Shown in pieces: positions 49,801 through 64,000 of a stretch of DNA of 64,000 nt. The stretch spans positions 1-64,000 of the forward strand of contig JAQGDQ010000691.1 in NCBI GenBank assembly GCA_030141605.1. The letters run 5' to 3'. The stretch's first letter is position 1, and every line of letters begins with the position of its first letter. Under the pieces are notes generated by a model. That model searched no databases, was not told where the DNA came from, and was given only the letters and a program-made list of their open reading frames with translations. Source of the stretch: Tubiluchus corallicola (taxonomy: Eukaryota > Animalia > Priapulida). The translations under genes and the position numbers were made by a program.

Positions 49801-51792
49801 GTACTCATAACACGCAACTAAAATCGATATATGCTTACAATATGCTCGCTGTCTATAGACACCAGTGTACGAACTAAAAACAGAAATACTGTAATATGTT
49901 ATGTTATGTATCTTCAGTATGTTAAGACTACTTCAGTGTTCGACTATTAGTGACGATTATTCGACAGATAAGCAACACCTACTTGAGCATTGACAACCTT
50001 GTTATAAATATAGTCACATTACACAATAACAATAATTATAACAATGCCTCGAATATAACTCATTTCGAAGAACATCATTTGAGCAGTTCGCTACAGTGGC
50101 ACACCTAGCGGAGTTTGCACTGGAAGGCTAGCAATGTCGCAATACCGGTCATTGGTCATCATTGTGGTCATTTCAGTTCTTAATGTTGATGATTTTCAGA
50201 TGACAAAACCACTTAAAACAGTTACACAGAACAGCAGAGATCACACCAGCACATCTTGGCTTTGTCATCTAGCAAGTTTAACACAAGTAAACAAGCCAGT
50301 TTGCACAAGAATGATATTAACTTGCTACACGGATTAGAATAGTCTTGCAGGGTTTTAAACAAAAATTCAAATTTTGAGCCTTGCAAAGTCTGAACTCTAG
50401 CTATGCCACTGATGGTTGAGTAACTTACATCAAAACTTGATGTGATTAAATACAAAACGCTTGTGATTAAAATAAAACAATCAGCACTTCAGTATGATCA
50501 TTCACTCTGTCCATTTTGCAGATCTACATGACACTATTACTAATGTTCAAGACAGAAACTTGACTGAATTTCTACCCTACTGACTGCGTCCCTAGAAGAC
50601 GGAGAATGAATGTTTACAAACACTTTGCTTTGTCTTCCATCTTTTCTCCAGGAAATGGTACGACATTCTGGTATCAATTGTTGCCGGCATTTGCCAAAAA
50701 TAAAGCAAAGAGAAATAAAGGGCAGCGTGTCTGACTTGCAAAGATGCATATCTGAATGCTCGCTTGTGAAATCGGAACATAATTTTTAAAGAGCGATGCA
50801 AATCTGATGCAGTTTTAAGAATATCAGTGTTAATAACAAACGTACTGCTACAATTGTACCGTTCCATATAATCTAAATGCAGACGTATAAGTTTTACACG
50901 TCAAATGTAGACACAGGAATTTTGAACGTGTTTTGGTATCTCAAATGTGACTTAGGAAGGTCAAATGTAGACATAGGACATTTGACTTGACATGTGTCTA
51001 CATTTGACTTACCAAAAATGCTGAAGATTTGTTGAAAACCATTGTTAACACATTTGAACTACCTAAGTCCACATTTGAGCTACCAAGACACATTTGAACT
51101 ACCTAAGTCTACATTTGAGCTACCAAGACACACTTGAATTACCTAAATCTACATTTAACTTGAGGTAGGTCTACATTTGACGTGTAAAACCTATATTACA
51201 GGTTTTCATGGGAACCCTGCCATCCATTTACTAGACAGGCCTGGTATTGCTAAAACTTCACCGCCAAACAAACACCATGACCACTCAGCTATTTTTACTC
51301 ACTTGTAATCTATGACCTACAATTTTTCCAAGTGACATTACACCAAGTTTATACAGACTAACAAAGTGGAAAATTAATTAAATTATATAAAATCCCCAGT
51401 CAGTAGCTTTTCTACTTTAACTCACAAATTTTAAAGGTTTGTCTATTAACAATCCTTACAATATAAATGGTAAAACACACGTGACTTTCGAATCTACTAT
51501 TTCAAACATAATTGTAAAACGACTAAGTGACTAAAGTTGTAAAATAACTAAGAGACTAAAGGACTAACAACCTTGCAAAAAAAAACAATATCAACAACAC
51601 CGGTTTTGGTTGCGACTAAAGTGACATGTAAGCGATAAGACTGGGTAAAAAAAATCAATATTAAAATTTGTTTCAGTTTAACTGCCAAATAAAGAGTTTG
51701 TGGCTTAAATGCCATTTTTCCAAATACCCATCTGCCAATGAATACACGATTTTGGGTAAAATGACGACGACAAAATTTTGTCTGCCGACCAC

Positions 51793-52189
51793 AAGGGGTG
51801 AGCATTCTCTTACCAGAAAGCGAATTCGAATCAAACCGAATTTGTGACTTTCCAATTCGAGTCGAACCGAACTTCAGTGTTTTGAATTCGAACTGAATTC
51901 GAATTGAGATTGAAAGATTTTCGAATCACCAGTAAAAATTAGTCTTATAAAAATCATGCATGTCACTAGATTTTGTTCTGCAATAAAACGACTAGTAATT
52001 TGTTTAAAATTGCGTGCAGAAATCACAGCTAAATTATGCTAATTGCATGATGTTTCAATCGTTTTAGTGATAAAGAACATGTGTGATTGAAGTGCTGAAT
52101 TACTCGAATTTATAGTTTTGGATTTGAATCGAGTTCGAACTAAAAAAAACTCGTTCGAATCGAATTCGAGCGTTCGATGCTCACCCCTA
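51793..52189 (-). mobile_element. mirror copy of the hAT MITE
   Basis: Reverse complement of 30693-31089 with the same TSD. Confidence 0.88.
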
Positions 52190-54245
52190 CCGACCACTAA
52201 TGGTAAAGAAAGTTGCTTACAATCACACGCGGCTACAAGTGAACAAATTCATATCATTGGTTAACTTATGAATAACTACAATAAATGCTTCAGTCAATAT
52301 ACACAGAGATCATCTCTTTGTATGACTAGTTAAGCCTGCAGTTTAAAACGGTTAAAATAATTTAAGTACGAAGGTCACCGCACAATGACACAAAAATTGT
52401 ATGTGCAAAATCAGTTTTGCTACTTTCATCCACGGGGACGATTGTTGTCATCATGTATCTATTATACAGACATTAGGGTAGGCAGAATTCTAAAATAAAG
52501 AAATCAGCCTTCAAGACAGGTAAACACAGGTGTTAATCCAGCAAGAAACTAGACACTGCTACACCAGTGGCTTGTCAGCACCTCTTCCAATCAGCTACAG
52601 GGCTCTAGAGCTACAGGGCTCTATGAGCTTACAGGCTCTATGAGCTTACAGGGCTCTATGAGCTTACAGGGCGGCTCTATGAGCTTACAGGGCTCTATGA
52701 GCTTACAGGGCTCTATGAGCTTACAGGGCTCTATGAGCTACAGGGCTCTATGAGCTTACAGGGCCTATGAGCTTACAGGGCTCTATGAGCTTATAGGGCT
52801 CTATGAGCTACCTACAGGGCTCTATGAGCTTACAGGGCTCTATGAGCTTACAGGGCTCTATGAGCTTACAGGGCTCTATGAGCTTACAGGGCTCTATGAG
52901 CTTACAGGGCTCTATGAGCTTACAGGGCTCTATGAGCTTACAGGGCTCTATGAGCCTACAGGGCTCTATGAGCTACAGGGCTCTATGAGCTTACAGGGCT
53001 CTATGAGCTTCGATATTTGACAAGAGTGGACATCTTTGGCAAGCAGCAATCGTGTCCACCTTTGAATGTCACCAAAAATTTTACGACTCGAGAATCTGTT
53101 TTAGACTGCAGGGTAATGGACTAACAAAGATGAGATTCAACATGGAGCTTCAAATTAAAATATTTCAAATTGAACGCATAGTTAGACTAATATTACATAT
53201 AGAGAATGTTGAAAAAAACAATAAATTATTACAGACTGAATAAAAAATAAATGAAGTGTGAATAGAAACACCACGAACACACGAACACACATTGAAAGAA
53301 CCAGAGATTCAAGATAGAGATTCAAAGCTGCGGATGAGATTTCTCTAAACTTTAGCTTAGTATACAAATGAAGGCGGATCCTTATCTGAAAAGAGAAATA
53401 AAAACTGAAAATGAAAAAACAACAAATTTAATACAAAAGCAAAATGTAAAATTTTCTGCAACAAATTCAGCCGAATCAAATTCTTAATTTTTACTTGAAT
53501 CTAAATCTACTAACTTTGTGATTTGTAAAAATTAAAATGCTTTCAAAGACTCACCAGACGGTTTAGTCTAGTGGTAATGCGTCTGCTTTCCGTCACGTGA
53601 CGGCAGTGAAGTGGTTAATTATGGGATAGTAAGTTACCAAAAGTTAATCACAGCAAAATAGTAAAACATACAAATAGAAAGTGTTACTTTGTGCGAAGTA
53701 CCAGACAGATTTCAAGCACCTGGTTTTATCATTAAATCAGTCATGCCGAGTCGTGAGTATTACAGAGCGCTTGTAGTTGACAACTAATTACAGTTAATCC
53801 AGTAATTGGTAACTGGGTATTATTAGTGAACAACTGCACAGTTAACAGATCAGTAATAATTACTAAATGGGCATAGAATTTTCTGACGAGCTTACTCACG
53901 GTATTACTCACTGTTTTTGGTCAAATAGCAAATTTCTCCAAACCTGCCAGCTACAAAGCAATTTGGGTCACATTTTGCAATAAAGATTTGACCAGACGGT
54001 TTAGTCTAGCGGTAATGCGTCTGCTTTCCGTCTGGGAGGTCGTGAGTTCGAACCAGCGGCCGGGTCATACCAAAGACTTTAAAAATGGTACCTGCTGTTG
54101 CCCTGCCTGACGCGTGGTATTTAGGGTAAAAGTGGAGTAATAATAGTCGCTGTTATGCAGTTGTAGGTTGTTATTTACAGTCAGCGATAATAGCTCTTTG
54201 AGCTAATGTTAATTGTTGACCCAAAATCCGACTTTAAATAAATAT

Positions 54246-54280
<35 letters not shown>

Positions 54281-54689
54281 ACTTGCTTGCTAATTTTCTA
54301 GTGGTCATTTAACAATTTTCTTGTGGTCATTTAACAATTTTCTTGTGGTCATTTAACAATTTTCTTGTGGTCATTTAACAGTCCTTTTAGATGAACGACA
54401 AAAGATACAGAAGGTAAACGAGCATTTCTCCGACACCCGTTTCTGCAGAAAAATAGTTCAAACTTTCTGCACCAGGGTGCGCAATGCTGTGGAAAACACT
54501 AAGGAGCTTCAAATAAATTACTTAACACGCGTAGAAAGCCTGCAAAACAACAAAAAAAGCCTGAAAGCGAGTGAAGCGAGACTTTATTGACGGTAGCTTT
54601 GCATTAATCTAAAATGAAGACACTTAAGCATTAAGTTTGGTATTGCAGTAACAATAGGAACTAGGATCTATGGTATAAAGTGTAAACGG

Positions 54690-55408
54690 AACTTGTAAGA
54701 ACGTGTTCTATACTTGTAAGAACGTGTTCTATAGAAGTCTTAACCACATAGACTACTTTAATGGGACCTACTTGTAAGAACGTGTTCTATAGAAGTCTTA
54801 ACCACATAGCCTACTTTAATGGGACCTACTTGTAAGAACGTGTTCTATAGAAGTCTTAACCACATAGCCTACTTTAATGGGACCTACTTGTAAGAACGTG
54901 TTCTATAGAAGTCTTAACCACATAGCCTACTTTAATGGGACCTACTTGTAAGAACGTGTTCTATAGAAGTCTTAACCACATAGCCTACTTTAATGGGACC
55001 TACTTGTAAGAACGTGTTCTATAGAAGTCTTAACCACATAGCCTACTTTAATGGGACCTACTTGTAAGAACGTGTTCTATAGAAGTCTTAACCACATAGC
55101 CTACTTTAATGGGACCTACTTGTAAGAACGTGTTCTATAGAAGTCTTAACCACATAGCCTACTTTAATGGGACCTACTTGTAAGAACGTGTTCTATAGAA
55201 GTCTTAACCACATAGCCTACTTTAATGGGACCTACTTGTAAGAACGTGTTCTATAAAAGTCTTAACCACATAGCCTACTTTAATGGGACCTACTTGTAAG
55301 AACGTGTTCTATAGAAGTCTTAACCACAGAGCCTATTTCAATGGGACCTACTTGTAAGAACGTGTTTTATAAAAGTCTCAACCACATAGCCTACTTTAAC
55401 GGGACCTA
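54690..55408. repeat. mirror copy of the 58-bp minisatellite
   Basis: Reverse complement of 27478-28196. Confidence 0.95.
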
Positions 55409-55668
55409 TCGTTGTGGAAGTGACAGTGATGGACGATTGTGAAATTTTGTAATTCGATTATAATCTTGTTCTTGGAATTCAATATAAAAATTTACCCTTT
55501 GTGGCAATTTCTTGGCATTTCAGCCAATATTCTCAAACGAGTGCAATGAATCAGCGTATAACTTCACAGCTTTTGTCACCATTTGCTGTTCTCATATTCG
55601 CAAACTAGTTTTATAGACGCTCACAGTTTTTTCATTAACTACTCTATGACTTGGCATTCTTCTGTCTC

Positions 55669-56380
55669 GGAAGACAATGGAATGTGCGCCAAGAGAGTCC
55701 GAGGAAGACAATGGAATGTGTGCCAAGAGAGTCCGAGGAAGACAATGGAATGTGTGCCAAGAGAGTCCGAGGAAGACAATGGAATGTGCGCGAAGAGAGT
55801 CCGAGGAAGACAATGGAATGTGCGTCAAGGGAGTCCGAGGAAGACAATGGAATGTGCGCCAAGGGAGTCCGAGGAAGACAATGGAATGTGCGCCAAGAGA
55901 GTCCGAGGAAGACAATGGAATGTGCGCCAAGAGAGTCCGAGGAAGACAATGGAATGTGCGCCAAGGGAGTCCGAGGAAGACAATGGAATGTGCGCCAAGG
56001 GAGTCCGAGGAAGACAATGGAATGTGCGCCAAGGGAGTCCGAGGAAGACAATGGAATGTGCGCCAAGGGAGTCCGAGGAAGACAATGGAATGTGCGCCAA
56101 GGGAGTCCGAGGAAGACAATGGAATGTGCGCCAAGGGAGTCCGAGGAAGACAATGGAATGTGCGCCAAGGGAGTCCGAGGAAGACAATGGAATGTGCGCC
56201 AAGAGAGTCCGAGGAAGACAATGGAATGTGCGCCAAGGGAGTCCGAGGAAGACAATGGAATGTGCGCCAAGAGAGTCCGAGGAAGACAATGGAATGTGCG
56301 CCAAGAGAGTCCGAGGAAGACAATGGAATGTGCGCCAAGAGAGTCCGAGGAAGACAATGGAATGTGCGCCAAGAGAGTCT
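55669..56380. repeat. mirror copy of the 34-bp minisatellite
   Basis: Reverse complement of 26506-27217, one unit variant differs. Confidence 0.95.
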
Positions 56381-57675
56381 GATCCTTGAAAGTCTCCAAG
56401 GCGCACGTCTGGGCAAGGTGTATGGAGATCCTGAGTTGCCCAGACAACAGGAACCCCCCCCTTTCCTCCCTGGTGTAGTCCTAAGGAAAGCGGAGCAATA
56501 CATTTGGCACCAGGCTGGCTGCAGGAGCTGCCGGGGTCAGCGAGCATGTTGCACTGGTCCACCTTCGGGGCTCCACTCCTGATTTGTAAGGTTTACACCT
56601 CTACACATGGCCGTTGGGTCACTTGACTCTCCTCCGCCTAGTGTCGAGATACAGTGTGGACATCCCGCACTCTATGACTACATCACTATAAATGTCATGA
56701 GTCAATGAATTTGAAGCCCCCAGTTTGCAACACTGTGGTTTGCAATTGTGGAAGACGAGAAAAATGAAGAAAAATCACAAAGATTCCATCAATTTATGTT
56801 AAAATTCTGCCCTTTGGTCAGCGTGTAACGTGTATTTTGCTCATGATTAATCGAATCACTGTTCAATTACATTGATTACATCGATTTATGCGATTTATGG
56901 TTGTAATCGTGATTAATTTGATTAATATAGTAATCGCCCATCACATGGGAGTGATGATCTAACTTCCACCATTACAGCTCGACACGCTGCAGGCAAAAAT
57001 CTACCATTCAAAAGTCAGCCATACTTAATATGGACTTTAAGACAAGAGCGGAAATCACAGAAGAACTGGTAGAGAGTTCAGCAATGTTAGTTCAGAGTGT
57101 TAATTCTATTTCACACAGAGAGCAAATGCATCAGAAGTTTCATTCCAAAAAACCGTAAGCAACTTCATGCCAGCTTCTTTTTCTTACAACCTGAGCAAAC
57201 AAAAACTGCATACATGATCATTCTCTACAACACAAACATTAACGAAAGTTAATTCTTACCATCTAGTGCTGCCATCTACGTAACATCGACAGAAACAACA
57301 AAGGAATGAAAGTTAACTCTACCATCTAGTGTTGCCATCTACGAAACATCGACAGAAACAACAAAGGAATGAAAGTTAACTCTGCCATCTAGTGCTGCCA
57401 TCTACGAAACATCGACAGAAACAACAAAGGAATGAAAGTTAACTCTACCATCTAGTGCTGCCATCTACGAAACATCGACAGAAACAACAAAGGAATGAAA
57501 GTTAACTCTACCATCTAGTGCTGCCATCTACGAAACATCGACAGAAATAACAAACAAAAAATGATGTTTTAGTAAGATTTCCACAGCATGCACACTTGCA
57601 CTGCAAGCAGTTTGAATATCATACTCAGCATTTTCTGCAAAAAGAGGCAAAGAAACGGACGTTACCTTTCTGCTC

Positions 57676-62737
<5,062 letters not shown>

Positions 62738-64000
62738 CTAGAAACATAAAAACCATATAAGAAGAAAACCATAAGCGACAAAATTAGTGATTAGTCATTT
62801 CTATGAAAATTGAGCACGATTTTTATGATAAACAAAAAGTGATGAATGAAAATCAATTTTAAAAAACAGATAAAAATGCTCAAGGCAACCGTCATTTTAA
62901 AATGAAAGGTGATTCACAAATTATAATAGTGCACAAATACTAATGGCGCGAACTTACTTTATTAAGATATTAATATTATTTATTTAAATAAGCCTTTTCA
63001 CAGTTCCAGCGATTGATGGCGATCGTAAAAAAGATAAAAGGTTAAGTGAACCAAACAACACATTTGTGATACACTTGACAAAGCTGTGCAGCCCAAGCTA
63101 TTGTAATAGCAACAGTTTTAACAGCTAGCTATAACCTTACCCAGTTCATTTTTTCTTGTTCCCAAAGCAAGATCCTGCTAGTAAATCACTTTACATGCAG
63201 GCTAATGCTTAATTAAGTACTATGCACAGACTAATACATAATTAAGTCCACGTAAAACAACAGAAGTTATTGAACCGATGCAGCAGACAGCTTTGCTTTA
63301 CCCACACGTCACGTCCCGGTTATAGTTCAGGTGCGTTGCTGTGGCACACTTAACCTCTGACCTACAGCAACTGTGCACAATGTTACCATGAAAAAGCTTA
63401 TTGTATTTTATATCCTAAAAAAGACGTTTCATACTGAAGAATATTTTTTTGAACTTGCACAGCACCATATTCTTTAGGAAACGCTACTACCTGTTACTTG
63501 AAAAGCTTAATGTATTTCATCCTAAAGTTTGCAAACTGTACATGAGACAAAATGGAACAAACTTTGGTTCTGGGAAAATCTGGTGCAAATTAAAAACATC
63601 GATATCAATGAGAGCATTAAAATTTATATCTTTATTGTATCGTTGATTTTGACGTACGTTTTTAATCTGACAAAACGGTGAATATGCCTCTTGTTGAATT
63701 TAATTATTGATTTATCACTCTTAATGTACGACACGAATTTTTCATTTCATCCAAATCTTATCTTATTGAGTTTTCCTAAAATATTGTACTACAGGGTTGT
63801 GGTGAAGTGAAATGTAATCCCGGCAGGAGAATACAGTAGACTTCTCAGGTGTGCGTGTGAACGTGGCTTTATCTAGCACAGACTCATATTCTGACCTTGT
63901 GTTAGTAAAAGCCACTAGTCACGTGCACACCTGAGCTTATAAAAAGGGAAGGTCTGCTGTAGACCCTTATCAGGGGTCGTGTCTTTCATTGCAGCTCTGT

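Overview
AT-rich, intron-rich animal (probably invertebrate bilaterian) genomic DNA, not prokaryotic. The + strand carries the last 10 coding exons of a malic enzyme gene (7504-25210; the 5' exons lie upstream of the window). A convergent TMEM50-family gene has its last three exons on the - strand (41571 down to 36840). The dominant structure is a giant inverted duplication: 18887-40687 is mirrored at 42192-64000 (the right arm runs off the window edge) around a unique 1504-bp spacer. The arms are identical over long tracts but differ in clustered patches. The mirror duplicates the last four malic enzyme exons and the last two TMEM50 exons, and no TMEM50 5' exons are visible. This could be a real palindrome or fold-back, or an assembly/amplification artefact. 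Introns and UTRs hold many unrelated minisatellites (18-63 bp units), two tandem repeats built from AG|GT splice junctions, one amplifying a CTCF-like motif, a 1312-bp duplication of the TMEM50 terminal exon, hAT and Tc1/mariner MITEs, SINEs, LINE 3' fragments and a solo LTR. Most long ORFs in the supplied track are translations of tandem repeats. I found no evidence for a clearly new gene system. All coordinates were counted by hand.
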